From NCBI GenBank assembly GCA_023645945.1, contig JALAIB010000036.1:1-43476 (forward strand): a stretch of 43,476 bases of DNA, written 5' to 3'. The notes beneath the pieces are model-generated. The model ran no database searches. It was not told the origin of the DNA and saw only the letters and a program-made list of their open reading frames with translations. This DNA comes from Diploschistes diacapsis. Taxonomy: Eukaryota. This document shows positions 1 to 12,478 of this stretch, piece by piece. Numbering within the stretch: position 1 is the stretch's first letter; each line of letters opens with the position of its first letter. The position numbers and the translations under genes were made by a program.

Positions 1-23
1 GGCTTGGAGGCCCGGGGGGGCAT
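1..23 (-). CDS. Possible 5' end of a gene running off the window (MPPRASK...)
   Basis: Minus-strand CACC-ATG-CCC-CCC-CGG-GCC-TCC-AAG in a good fungal Kozak context after a CT/CA-rich leader. Only 7 codons are visible. Confidence 0.3.
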
Positions 24-202
24 GGTGAATGGAGGAGAGACAAGTTGTGTTGGATTTTAGGTATGGTCGTTCGTTCACTTGAATATATATATTGGGTTTG
101 CTTGCGGGAAACTGCTTGCAACTGCTAACTACAAGTACTTCGAATTTTTACTACTAGGTAAATTGTTCTCGTTTTTCTTAACACCTATCATTATTGATCG
201 AC

Positions 203-235
203 TTGGACCTCTGTTGGACCTCTGTTGGACCTCTG
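203..235. repeat. 11-bp tandem repeat (TTGGACCTCTG)x3
   Basis: Three exact adjacent copies read directly from the sequence. Confidence 0.9.
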
Positions 236-570
236 CTACCTTTCTTCTATTCGTGTAGTCTTGCCCGCTCTCATGAAGCTTCAACAGAAGGTCTGCAGGA
301 TTGCAATGTTTATCATCATTTCATATGGTTGCACCACGCATTCGTCTTACACCAACCAGAAGCTGTCGCACATCGTGGTTTGAAGCGTGATTCGACTTCC
401 GACTTCCTTTTGATATTGTCTCACCCTGCACTAACCTGGAATACCTACTTATATGAGCTCCATTGGCGGCTATTGCTGGGATTACTTTGGCTACCCTGGC
501 TTTCTGGAGGCGATGATTTGCCTTTCTTCGTAATACAAACCCGAGGCACTCGCAGGGGTAGATGTTATTA

Positions 571-1648
571 TCATTCAAGTGGCTCTACAATCGCATCGAT
601 CATTGCAATGAACCTCTGCTTAAACTCTCGCGCTGAGGTCGTAAGTGACATCGGGCCTTGCCTATCAACAATATTATAGCTCTTGATGAGAGCGGTCATG
701 GCTATGGCGGGTAGCTTGTGCTTGGACCAAAAGAAGTCTAGAAGAATCGCGCGGTAAATCCATTTCCTGTCCGTCGACAGGATGCCGGTTCGCCAAGAGC
801 CACCAGGTTGGTTGTCATTACCTGCTGGGTATCGCACAAGGAGGAGGGAGTAATCAACCGCATTCGCAGCTTGCAGAAAGTCCGTATCTTCATCCAAACA
901 GCCCTTGAGCTTTTCGCACTGCTGCTTGGTGATTCTGATTTTGTCATGGAAGTGATCGACCACCTTATCTTTTGCAGCCTCGCTCGACAGTCGGCCCTGC
1001 AGAACGTCACGCTCTGGATAGAAGTAGTTTGCGGGTTTAAGGTCGTAGGTCTCCCACTTATCCCCGCGAGGATCAGAAGCTTTCCCATACATGATATTCT
1101 CCATGACGACGTGATGACTAGGCACTACCTGTAATAGACCCCCTAGGGTTCTGTAGGGGGCCAGGAGGAAGTCGGTGATGCGTACGAGGAGGCTTTCTGG
1201 ATGAGACTGCATATAGTGGTAGTAAGGGTCTCGGAGCTCTTCCTTAAAGAATTGAGATTCGGCAGAGCGCGGTAGACTCTTGACGAGGTACTTGTGGTCC
1301 AGAGTCTCAAAGAAAGTCTGGTACCAAGATTAGGAACATGCCATGCGTATATCTTGTGTTTTAGAAATGTGATTCACTGACTGATCCAGAATAGCCAAGC
1401 TCACTCAGAGGATGCAGGTCCAGCTTTCCCTCATCATTTTCCACGTGGAAGGATTGTCGATAACCTTCCTCGTCGATAGACCATGCTTCCTCCCGTAGCT
1501 TTTTGAATAGCTCATGCTGGAAGCGTTGCAGAGGAACGCGGATTAGCGTGAAGAAGGTCAAGAAACGACGCAAGATTGACAACTTGCTTGGGCCTTGTAG
1601 AAGCGCCTGGAGAATAGCCACAATGACGGCTCGTTCGAGGTTGGGCAT
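571..1648 (-). CDS. Phosphatidylinositol-phosphate kinase (PIP5K)-like protein, divergent fungal subfamily
   Basis: Exons 1648-1382 and 1317-571, intron 1381-1318 (GTCAGT...CTAAT...CAG). The spliced product has GYSGS-TFF..D.KYLVKS, ITDFL, VVMEN, YDLKP, VDYSLLL and LLDFF, matching the PIPK core motifs. The start could be 1663. Confidence 0.8.
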
Positions 1649-2427
1649 GGCGTTTTGCATCATCAACAATACGTCAAGGTTCTGCAAGAAAAATAATGCC
1701 AGAATTAAAAGAAATAAGTTATGAAAATTATGCAAACTATGCAAACCATAATTACCCATCATCAGAGTGACACAACTACAAATAGGCGCTCATGCCTCCT
1801 TTGATTTCTTTCACCTTCACTGTGAATGCTTGGGTATGTATCCAGGTGCAATAGACAGACACTTTGCTCTTATGCTGTTCTACCGTTCACTCACCATACG
1901 ATAGCAAAGCAATACTCGAGATTGTACATGGCATGCCAAGCCAAGTGGCCCGAGTGTCATGGCCCTTTGTCATTTTCCCAACTCTCCAGTGGCTTGGACG
2001 AAGCGTTAAGAGTATTGGCTCTTGTTGAGAGCGGTCCTAAGACATAACGGCGGACGCCATGTCGTCGTGGACTCGTGGCCTCAAGTTCTTGCCGATTAAC
2101 AGTTTAGCACTTTTTCGCAGAAGCTTGTTACCCTTTGTTCTTGTCGTGTCTTGCGGCCAATTATGTTGGGAGCTTTTGAACGAGGATTCTATGAGCTTAT
2201 TCGCTGTCTAGCCTAAGTAGTTGTCACCCCGCAACGCTCCTGATCCGCTCATCAGGTAAGTCAACTCTTGCTACAGTACTTTAAATTCGCCTTTGCGCTT
2301 TTGTTCCGCTTGCTTCCCTTGCAGACTTTGCATCTCCGTGTCATCAGCGAGCACAGATCAAATTTCATTAAGATCGTATATCTCCTCTTCTTGAATTGAT
2401 ACCACAGATTGTTCTCTACTAATCAGC

Positions 2428-4011
2428 ATGGGGATCAATGACAAGCCTGCTCCGGGTTACCTAATTTACACAACCTCCAATGGAGCTTCCATTCCGGACC
2501 CAGAAGCATCCCAAAGAGTTGGTCATAATGGCCCTCTGCTACTGCAAGACTTCCACCTGATCGATTTGCTCGCGCATTTTGACCGAGAACGCATCCCCGA
2601 GCGGGTTGTCCACGCCAAGGGTGCTGGAGCTTATGGCGAATTCGAGGTCACTCACGATATTAGTGACATTGTAAGTATCACCCTGGGTTATTCTCCAGGC
2701 ACTCGTCTTTGGAATACATCTCACGCTCATTGTTTCTAGACTACCGTCGACATGCTCACAGACGTTGGCAAGAAGTCCAAGTGTGTTGCCCGCTTCTCCA
2801 CTGTTGGCGGCGAAAAGGGCTCTGCCGACTCCGCTCGGGATCCACGTGGGTTCTCCGTTAAGTTCTACACCGAAGAAGGCAATTGGGACTGGGTTTTCAA
2901 CAACACGCCAGTATTCTTCCTTCGGGATCCCTCCAAGTTCCCCATCTTCATCCACACTCAGAAGCGCAACCCACAGACCAATCTCAAAGATGCTACTATG
3001 TTCTGGGACTATCTTTCCACCCACCAAGAGTCCGCGCACCAGGTCATGCACCTCTTCTCTGATCGTGGCACCCCATATTCGTACCGCCACATGAATGGGT
3101 ACTCCGGCCACACATTCAAGTGGGTCAAGGCCGATGGCACCTTTAACTACGTACAGATCCATTGCAAGACCGACCAAGGTAGCAGGACGTTCACTAACGA
3201 GGAAGCCGGGAAAATGGCCTCCGAGAACCCAGACTGGCACACACAGGATCTCTTCGACGCCATCCAGCGCGGGGAGTACCCTTCCTGGACTTGCTACGTG
3301 CAAGTTCTCTCCCCTGAACAAGCCGAGAAGTTCCGCTGGAACATCTTCGACCTTACCAAGGTCTGGCCCCAGAAAGAAATCCCACTGCGACCCTTCGGCA
3401 AATTTATCCTCAACAAGAACGTCGAGAACTATTTTGCCGAGATCGAGCAGGTGGCCTTCAGTCCATCCCACCTGGTCCCTGGCGTTGAACCATCTGCCGA
3501 TCCTGTCCTCCAATCCCGCCTCTTCTCCTACCCCGACACCCACCGCCACCGCCTTGGCGTCAACTACCAACAAATCCCCGTCAACAAACCCCTGCGCTCC
3601 TTCAACCCTTACCAGCGTGACGGCCTCATGGCCGTCGACGGCAACTACGGCGCCGAGCCCAACTACCCATCCACTTACCGCAACATCCAGTTCAAGCCCG
3701 TCAAGGTCTCACAGGAGCACGAAAAATGGGCGGGCGCTGTGGTCGCACAGCAGTTGCCGGTCACGGACGAGGACTTTGTGCAGCCAAATAAGCTGTGGGA
3801 GGTCCTGGGCCGCACGCCGGGGCAGCAGGAAAATTATGTGAACAATGTGGCGGGTCACCTCAGCGCGGCGAGGGAGTCGACGCGGAAGAGGACGTACGAG
3901 ATGTTCAGAAGGATTAATCAGGATCTGGGCACAAGGATTGAGAAAGAAACGGAGAAGCTGGCACCGGCGGCAGGGAGCCAGGCTGCAGGGAGTGCTCAGG
4001 CGAGGTTGTGA
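2428..4011 (+). CDS. Small-subunit heme catalase, peroxisomal (CTA1/CatC-like)
   Basis: [20 protein letters not shown] active-site signature and RLFSYPDTH heme-ligand signature. One intron 2671-2739 (GTAAGT...TAG) joins the two ORFs in frame. C-terminal -ARL is a PTS1. Confidence 0.97.
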
Positions 4012-4567
4012 TTAAGTAATTGATGTGAAACAGGATATGCGAGGGTAAAGAATTCCAGACTATTTGGCTAGTTAGATGTTGAAGTCAACAGTAACGTGAC
4101 CTGGGTTGGTTTGAGTATATGTGGTTTCATATTCTGAGAATCCTCCTGAGAATCCTCCGTCCCAGTACCATTACTTTCTTATGCCTTTTTGCATCCGCAT
4201 CTACTGCCGCATATGTTTCTAGTCAGGGATATTCCTAAATCCCCAACACAGCATATTTTATAACACAAGATGACATCACAGCTTAAGAACTATAGACATG
4301 CACGTGGAAAATTACTTTGATTAATACAGTAAACCAGCCCAGGCAACCAAACCGGTTGGCTGATCGAGGCTCGTTGATCTCGTATCCGGGAAAAAAGTGC
4401 TCACACATAAATACCATACCGTCACTCTCTACTTTTCCCGAAACGCCTCATGTCTTGTACAACCCATATCTGCGCCAACGTAGTGGCCTAAAGGAAGACC
4501 CACCGTAAATAGCAGGCATTTCCCCGTCGCGTTCTGAAATCGGCGGTCTTGGGGAAGACAAAGCCGC

Positions 4568-5346
4568 TCAATGGCCGGCGCGCTGGTCGTACCTCGTCTT
4601 GCCGAACGAAAAGGGAACGTAGCGATACTTGATCATGTGCGCAATCTGGCGCTTCACTACGACAACCACGAGTCAGCCACAACAAAAACCTCGCTCGCTC
4701 TCTGCAGGATGGGGGCCAAGCCTTACTGGTGAGCGTAAAAAGCACGATCCAGTAGACGACCAGCACGGGCCAGAAGACCGGCACGTTGAACACCTCGAAC
4801 CAGGCGCAAAAAAAGGCGATCAGGACGGCGCGCGTCGCGCTGACCCAGAACTTGAATTCCGGCAGGCGCCGGATGAAGGGGCGGAACTCCTCGTCCTGCT
4901 TGACTGGCAGGGGCGAGCGCACGTCGTCGTCCTCGAGCGACTCGTCTTCGGTGAGGGAGGGGTCGAATTTGGGCTGGAGGAAGGCGAGGAAGAGGTTGAG
5001 GAGGTAGATTGCTAGGGAGTAGCAGACTATTTATTTTGGGGGCCGTATGTTAGCCGTTTGAGGAGGGGTAGAGTGAATGGGAGAGAGTAGATGTGGACGG
5101 ACCGATATACCAGCCTTCTGCTAGGACGATGCGCAGGAGGAAGAAGAGTAGGAGGACTGTGGTGCCGGCCCAGCGGTAGGTGACGTAGGGTGTTGATTTG
5201 TCTAGGAGCGCCTGGTATTGCTGGACGATGGGCTGTCAGCATGAGAGGGGTCTCTGGTTTGGTGATGCTTGTAGACGTACTCTCGTGAATCTTGAAGTTG
5301 TGCTGGCGACGGCGGAGAAAGGGGTGTCGGGTTCGGGAGCGTCCAT
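4568..5346 (-). CDS. RER1: Rer1 Golgi-to-ER membrane protein retrieval receptor
   Basis: Spliced product (3 introns) reads MDAPEPDTPF...YQALLDKSTPY...IYLLNLFLAFLQPKFDPSL...DEEFRPFIRRLPEFKFW...PVFWPVLVVYW...MKRQIAHMIKYRYVPFSFGK, hallmark Rer1 motifs. Confidence 0.95.
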
Positions 5347-5735
5347 GTTGAGAATGGATGGTCGCCTTGCGTAAACGTAGGCTACAGAGACGTACGGTAG
5401 GCGATAAATTGAGATCAAGCTTATCTTCAATGATTTGCGACCCAAAGCCTAGATAATCGCTCAAGGAGACGTGCGTGAATTCGGAGAACTGCTGGTGAAG
5501 CGCTAGGTCTGGATAGAGAAAAAGTGCCACGAATGCTCGACTTCTCAAAAGCCTCACTAGCTACACCCCGTGTGGCTTGCAGATCGTGTGGACTAAAGTC
5601 CGAGCCCCGGTGATAAGATAAGATTACCCATGCTGCTGGCCGAGGTGTCGATGCGGAGTTGAGTGCGGAGGAAGCTCCAATTGTTGCAGAGCATTTACAT
5701 TAGATTCCAGCTACAGTGCTTGACTCCATTTAGTG

Positions 5736-6708
5736 ATGGCGGCATGGTTAGCAGCTAGATCTTTCGCATCAAAGCTTCGCACACAGCAACTTGTACGGAA
5801 TGGCCGCCAATATGCTTCTACGAAAAGCTACGAGCACCTGCTCATCTCGAAACCCAAGCCAGGGGTTGCTCTCCGTATGTGGCTACAATTATGACAGTGT
5901 GCGACGCGCTGACGAGGATTATCAGTCACTCTCAACCGTCCAAAGGCATATAATGCCATGAGCTCTAGCTTCATGGGCGAGATCAATGCCGCACTATACT
6001 CGTTTGAAAGAGATGCTTCGATCGGCGCTACTGTTATTACAGGGAATGAAAAGGCTTTCATTGCGGGAGCAGATATCAAGGAAATGAAGGACAAGACATT
6101 TTCGGAGGCATATTCGGAAGACTTCATAGAGCCGTGGTCACTGCAAGTTTCGCAAATCAAGAAACCCATCATCAGCGCAGTAAACGGCTATGCACTAGGT
6201 GGAGGCTGCGAGTTTGCCATGATGGCCGATATCATGTATTGCACTTCGTCCGCGTCATTTGGGCAGCCAGAGATCAAGCTTGGAGTGATACCGGGCGCCG
6301 GTGGAAGCCAAAGGCTGACAAGAGCGATTGGGAAAAGTCGGGCAATGGAGCTCATCTTGACAGGAAAGAACTTCACTGGTAAAGAAGCATTTGATTGGGG
6401 GCTTGCTGCTCGGATATTTGAGACGCCCAAAGAGTGTGTGGAAGGTGCTGTTGAAACTGCGGCCTTGATAGCCTCATATTCCAAGATTGCCGTCAAAGCC
6501 GCCAAGGAGGTCGTCAACAAGAGTCAGGATCTTGGCATCAGGGACGGCGTTGAATTCGAGAGGCGAGTTTTCCATGGTTTGTTCGGAAGTGAAGATCAGA
6601 AAATAGGTGACAATATTCGCAAACATCTTCCATGATCCTGCTAATGATTTTGTCCTAGGTATGAAAGCTTTTGCAGAAAAGAAGAAAGCAGAATGGTCGC
6701 ATAAATAG
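5736..6708 (+). CDS. Mitochondrial short-chain enoyl-CoA hydratase (crotonase, EchA-like)
   Basis: Arg/Ser-rich presequence MAAWLAARSFASKLR; TLNRPKAYNAM, AFIAGADIKEM, VNGYALGGGCEFAM and FGQPEIKLGVIPGAGGSQRL. Introns 5875-5925 and 6607-6658. Confidence 0.94.
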
Positions 6709-6802
6709 CACCCTTAGAGCATTAAAAGATGGGAGCGCTCGGATTCGCAATGAAAAAGTTACATGTGTATATAGTAAAGGGTATCATGCCGCTAACAGAT
6801 AT

Positions 6803-7567
6803 TCACGAAGTTTCGTTTTGTACAGTTTGCTGCAAGGCGTCAGCTTAGGAGGGAACAAGGATATGGAAATGAGCTCACCACTAGCCAATCCATGCCTTCG
6901 TTAACGCCCCGTCCGTCTACCGCAGAACAGGCCATGATACTCCAATTTCGATCCCTCAGTTCGCCAAGTTGTAAAGCCTCTGAAATATCTCCAGCACCTT
7001 TCGCTCCGGGCTGATCTTGCTTGTTGGCAAACACTAAAAGTGCGGCATCTTTCAATTCCTCCTCATTAAGCATTGCGGCCAACTCTTCCGAAGCCGTGGC
7101 AAGACGGTCGATATCTGTAGAGTCTACTACGAAAATGACCGCCGCAGTATTGGCATAGTAGCACCTCCAGTACGGTCTTATTGAAGTTTGACCACCAAGA
7201 TCCTGTCCGACGTCAGTGTGTGGTCGGATTAAATGCTGAGGCGTCGTCCTCACCCAAACGTTGAAATTCAAGTTCTTGTAAGTAACAGACTCAACATTAA
7301 ATCCTACGGTTGGTATCGTTGTAACAACTTCTCCAATCTGACAACGATGTGAGTTGCGGTGACTTCCGTAAATACAATACGACTTAGAGGCCGACCTTTA
7401 ATCGATAGAGTAAGGTGGTCTTGCCAGCGTTGTCCTATGGGCTTCTCAGTGACCGGTTCAGTCCCGCATACAGATTGACATACTAGACCCAGTATTAGGA
7501 TCCGAATTTCCTTTTTCGCCCAAAGTAAGTTTCCTATGGACCACAATCTTGACATCGAGCCCCCCAT
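6803..7567 (-). CDS. ARL1: ADP-ribosylation factor-like GTPase Arl1
   Basis: MG N-terminus, [37 protein letters not shown] (Arl1-type) and FANKQD. Four GT-AG introns; last exon QTVQNETS*. Confidence 0.95.
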
Positions 7568-7927
7568 ATTTGTGGCGTGTCCACGAGAACTATGAGCTTG
7601 GATGTGGACTGGAGCTGTTCCGTGAAGGAGTGCAATGCACAGTTTTCAAATATTCAAAAGAGTGATATCGGATACAGTGATGTGGCCATCATGATTCGGA
7701 ACATTAACCAGGCAACACCATGTCCAAATGTCTAGATTTGACTTGTTGCGGTGCGCTTTTAGACCGAGAGCGGCATCTGACGCCGTGATTTCCTCATCAG
7801 CATGCCCAGCAACCTCGACTTCTTGGCAGCTACGCTTTCTTTGTCAGTTGTGGTACCACCTACTGTATGGTAAAAGCGCAAACACACATCGCAATTGTAA
7901 AGTGTTACGATATTCGTGCGAGCGACG

Positions 7928-10251
7928 ATGGTGGGCAAAAAGTCAGGAAAAGCCCTCAAAAGGGAGGAGGGTAAATTGAGACGAGCATTTTATGATAGAC
8001 TCTTGAGCTGAGGATCTGCTGCAGGTCTGGAGAGAACGGACAATAATATGAGTTTCACCTCCTGGCCGGTCATTCAAGGTATCAACCAAAAGAACTATTA
8101 CACGTAAGTCACCCATTCCCGCAGGAAGGTAAGGGTAACCGGATATGCAAGAGTATTGTACTAAAGCTTCAGCAGGGAGTACCTCAAGCGCGATGATCAG
8201 ATTCTGCCCTTACGCTTGACGCAAGAAGAGCGCAGAAACCGACTGGCCACTCAGCACAAGGACAAAGACCGAGCCAGAGCTCTCAATGAGGCCAATGGAG
8301 ACATGGATGTATCCATGGATATAGATGAGGAAGGCGGGCTCGATGATATGGCAGGTGGCTCTGGGGACCAAGATTTCCTATCCGGTAACAATGTCATTGT
8401 GATCCATCCAGGAAGCCAAAACCTGCGGATCGGCTTCGCGAATGATGCGCTTCCCAAATCTGTCCCAATGGTCATTGCAAGGAAATGGAGATGCAATGAG
8501 TCGGAAGAAGGCGGCGGCGAACCGGCGCCGAAAAGGATAAAGCTTAGTGACGAAGCCGAAATAGCACCGAGGCAACTGTTTGGGGAAGAAGTTTGTTCTA
8601 CCCTATGGGAAACGGTTTATGTACTAACGTGTACTAGTTTGCGAACATATATGACAATATGTGCCAGACTCTTAAGGTTCGCATGCGACAGAACAAGCGG
8701 AAGGTCTTACCCAATTCTAAGGAGCTTGTGGTAAATTACAATGACAGAATAGAGCCCGAACAGATTCCAGAGCATAACGACCTCCAGCGCGTCGAATGGA
8801 CGGAAATACCTAGAAACCCGAAAGATGCGCCAAATTACTTCACCGGAGCAGCAGCTTTGAGGATACCAGAGAACTCGAACCCTCGGTATAAACTATTCTG
8901 GCCGCTACGACGGGGTTGGTATAATGAAGATGACTACGACAATAAATTTCGCTTGTTCGAGGATATCACGACTATTATCGAGGAAGCAATCAAGACGCAA
9001 TTAAAGATCAAGAAAAGCCAGGATTTGGAACAATGCAGCTGCATCTTCGTCGTTCCAGATCTATACGAACGAAATTATGTGACGCAGACTATGGAAATGC
9101 TGCTCCGCGATGTTGGCTTCGGCAGGATCTGCTTCATTCAAGAAAGCCTCGCGGCTACGTTTGGGTGTGGGCACATGTACCCTTGCTGTGTGGTCGATAT
9201 AGGGGCGCAGAAGACCTCGATATGTTGTGTCGAAGATGGTCAATGCATGCCAGAATCGAGGATTAATCTTAAGCTCGGCGGCGCAGACATCACAGAGACC
9301 TTTATCAAGATGATGCTGTTTGATCATTTCCCATACACAGACGTGAACCTAAACCGTCGCTACGACTTCCTTCTCGCTGAGGAATTGAAAGCCAAATATT
9401 GTACGATGAAAGAGGACAACATCAGTGTGCAACTATACGACTTCCATGTAAGAGCACCAAATCAGCCTACAAGGAAGTATATGTTCAAAACCTACGACGA
9501 GGTTCTTCTGGCCGTTTTGGGGCTCTTCCGGCCAGAAATTTTTGACAACTCCCGCAAGCTGCGTGGACGAAGGAAGTTGATTCCTCCCTCATACGATCAA
9601 TTTGAGGATATTCGCAACGATCCTACTTCGCTTGCACAATCACGAATAGTGTCGAGACTTGCGCCAGAAACCTTCGAGACATCAGCCCCCGCAAATGCCA
9701 ATGGCATTATCAACGGTGCCAAGCAAGCCTCTATTCTGAAGCGCAATTTGCCTGCAGGCCATGCATTCAACCTCGCCAAGGAATCTCACGGCACACCGTC
9801 GAGAGACACACCTACAGTGGATGCCGATGGGACACCGCTACCCGGAACTGGAACAGACGGTGCTACCACGGAAGTATTGGAGCCTTGTCTAAGGGATGAC
9901 GTCCTTCCTGTGATCGACTTGGAGACGGCAGTGCTGACGTCCCTTGATATTGCTACTGGCGGCGACGAGAAAAGGTTCAAGGAGTTCACTCGATCCATTC
10001 TCTTCTTGGGCGGTGTTGCCAAAACCCCTGATCTGAGTAACTACTTGGAGTCTCGCTTGAACTATCTACGACCAAACTTCAACATCCTCATCACGCAACC
10101 ACCGCGAGAAATGGATCATGCACAAGTTGTGTGGAAGGGAGCAAGCGTATTGGCCAAGCTGCGAAGCGTAGCTGATCTTTGGATTGGGAAGTTGGAGTTT
10201 GAACGATTGGGTACAAGGACATTGCACCATAAATGTATGTGGGCTTGGTAG
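7928..10251 (+). CDS. ARP8: Actin-related protein 8, INO80 complex subunit
   Basis: N-terminus MVGKKSGKAL...ERTDNN...INQKNYYTEYLKRDDQ, then IVIHPGSQNLRIG, VVDIGAQKTSICCVEDG and VWKGASV. Introns about 7971-8024, 8104-8175 and 8591-8637. Confidence 0.94.
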
Positions 10252-10608
10252 CCTGGCGAGCATCTTGTTATTGTATCTTTATGTAGGATCTAGTCGCAAT
10301 TTGGTGAGAAGTCACTACAATTAACAAGGGAACCTGAAAATAAGTACAATAGGAATTTTGCATACTGCCTACTTCTTGAACTGCAGCCAGTCTCTATCGT
10401 AAGTACAGGATCCTGGGTCCTATTATTGTTCCAGTTACCGCTATCTTGCGTAAATTGCATCCCGTACAAATTGTGACCTGAAGTACCTTGTCCTCGACGC
10501 CAAATCACGTGCTCAACCCTTGCCCAGAAATTCCCTATCTTCAACGCATTTAAGAGGCAGACTTTACTTTATAATCAGATCCTCTGCAATTTCATCGTCA
10601 CCACTGCA

Positions 10609-12094
10609 ATGTCAGGAGCAGTTGGGCGCAGTGAGCGCGTGGTTCACCAGGACTACATTGTGCGCCAGCGATATAGCAATGCTCTTCCACCTCCTCCTGG
10701 GGCGCCGAAACTACTCGACATACCACTCAACGGCATGGCTACCTATACCATGCCTGTATATACGGAGCGGATGTACAAGGCGCAGCCGTTCAATATAGAA
10801 GCTGATGCTTTCCTTGGGATGCCAATCGACCTCGTCGGCATGCCCGGTATATTCGAGGGAGATGAGAGCTGTAAGTAGCAATGCGCAAAAGAAAGATTCT
10901 GCCAGTACTGAGACGGCCCAAGCTATCCAAGCTCCACTGGTAACTCCTTCACTCGATGCAAAAGACCGCTCTCTCCTCCGCCCACTCAAATCCCTTGGCA
11001 AACCCAAGAACGAAATCGCCGATGTCAGCTTCCTCCGCCGCACACAATACGTTGCAGAAGACCGCTCCCGCGTCGAAGGCAGCGGCGGTCGTGGCCCGAC
11101 TGGTCAAGTTAAGAGACGGAAGATAGACGCTACCAAAGAGGATCCTATGTACATCCTGCGTTCCGTGATCAAATCCTTCGACATTGCCAACCCCCAATCC
11201 GCCTACACGGGCCCCGACTCCACCACTCAAATCCGCGGCCTCACTGTCAACCAGGAAGACACTAAAGCCTGGAAGAACCCCAAACATCCTACTAAACCGC
11301 ACCTGAAAATGGTCGACTCCTACCCACTCATCCCCGATCTCACAGGCTTCACAGAAGACGAGCAGGGCGGCTACGCCGTCCTCAAGTTCGTCGGCAACCC
11401 AACCGAAATGACCAACAAACTAGATCCCCGCCTCGAAGCCTCGGTACTGCGCTCACTCGACGTAGACCCGCTAGTTGTTGAGGAATTCCAGCTACGCACC
11501 AGCCAGCACAAAGCGGACCCAGAGCACGTCAAAGCACCCTCGCTGCCAACAGTCAACTATGAGCTCTTCCTCCCGCCAAACGAGGAGCAAGCACGGGGCA
11601 TCAAGCGGAAACGCGACGTTCTGAACCCGGAGCGGGACGATGCGGGACTGTACACGGACATCCACGACCCCGAGGGCACGGTGAACGACTGCTTCAAGCT
11701 GAACAATGTGCGCGCGTACGAGAGCGGCAGGCAGGAGACCTTTTCCGAGTGGCCATACAAGGAAGTCGCCATCGCTCTACATGATCCCGAACCCGGTTCG
11801 GTGCCGGAAGCCGATGTGGAAGGGGATGGGGATGAGGATGGGCAGAGCCGAAGAGGTGAAGGGCGGAAGCTGCAGAAGGCGGCGTACTTCTACCCCATCG
11901 TTGCCAAGACCCAGCTCAAGCCACGCCGGGCGGCGCAGCTGGCGCATATGATGGGCTTGCCGGGTGCGGCTGCTGCAGCGAGGGCGGAGGGGGTGGAGGA
12001 GAAGATCGATGTGCTAGCGTTGCAGTATCGGGAGCAGAATGAGGAGGAGAGGGAGGCGAGGACCCAAATTCTGACCAGTTTAGCTGGCAGCTAG
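10609..12094 (+). CDS. PAF1: RNA polymerase II-associated factor Paf1
   Basis: HQDYIVRQRYSNALPPPPGAPKLLDIP, LGMPIDLVGMPGIF, VSFLRRTQY and KHPTKPHLKMVDSYPLIPD. Intron about 10871-10922 (GTAAGT...AAG). Confidence 0.92.
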
Positions 12095-12478
12095 GGGAGC
12101 ATAGTGACTAAGACTTGAGCGCAGAGTAGTTTGTATAAGTGAAGGCTTTGAATGAAAACTCGTCTGACTACCATACGGATAGCCATTCGAGACATCCATA
12201 TTTTCAATCGAGACGTTTCGGTCCGGGTAGCATGTCCTCGTACCAATGGATATATTAGAACCATACCTCCACACAAATTTACTGAGACTCTACTCGTTCA
12301 ATCATAGAATTGAAACCGTTTACACTGCGGCCGTCACTACTCTGAATCCAAAGCCTTGCTTAAAATCTCCTTGCAATTGTAAACCTGTTGAATCCCAAAG
12401 ATGAATTGCAGCAGAGGGCGTTCGCACGCTGCAGAGCCACAGCCATGCCTAATAACTTGGCCTCACCAGTTGGAAGGG

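Noticed and set aside
194..679. 161-aa + strand ORF
   Set aside because: Non-ATG start, includes the tandem repeat, overlaps the PIPK-like 3' end in antisense, and has no motifs.
2539..3573. 344-aa antisense ORF and the 109/248-aa alternative-frame ORFs over catalase
   Set aside because: Shadow ORFs produced by strong C-ending codon bias; no recognisable motifs.
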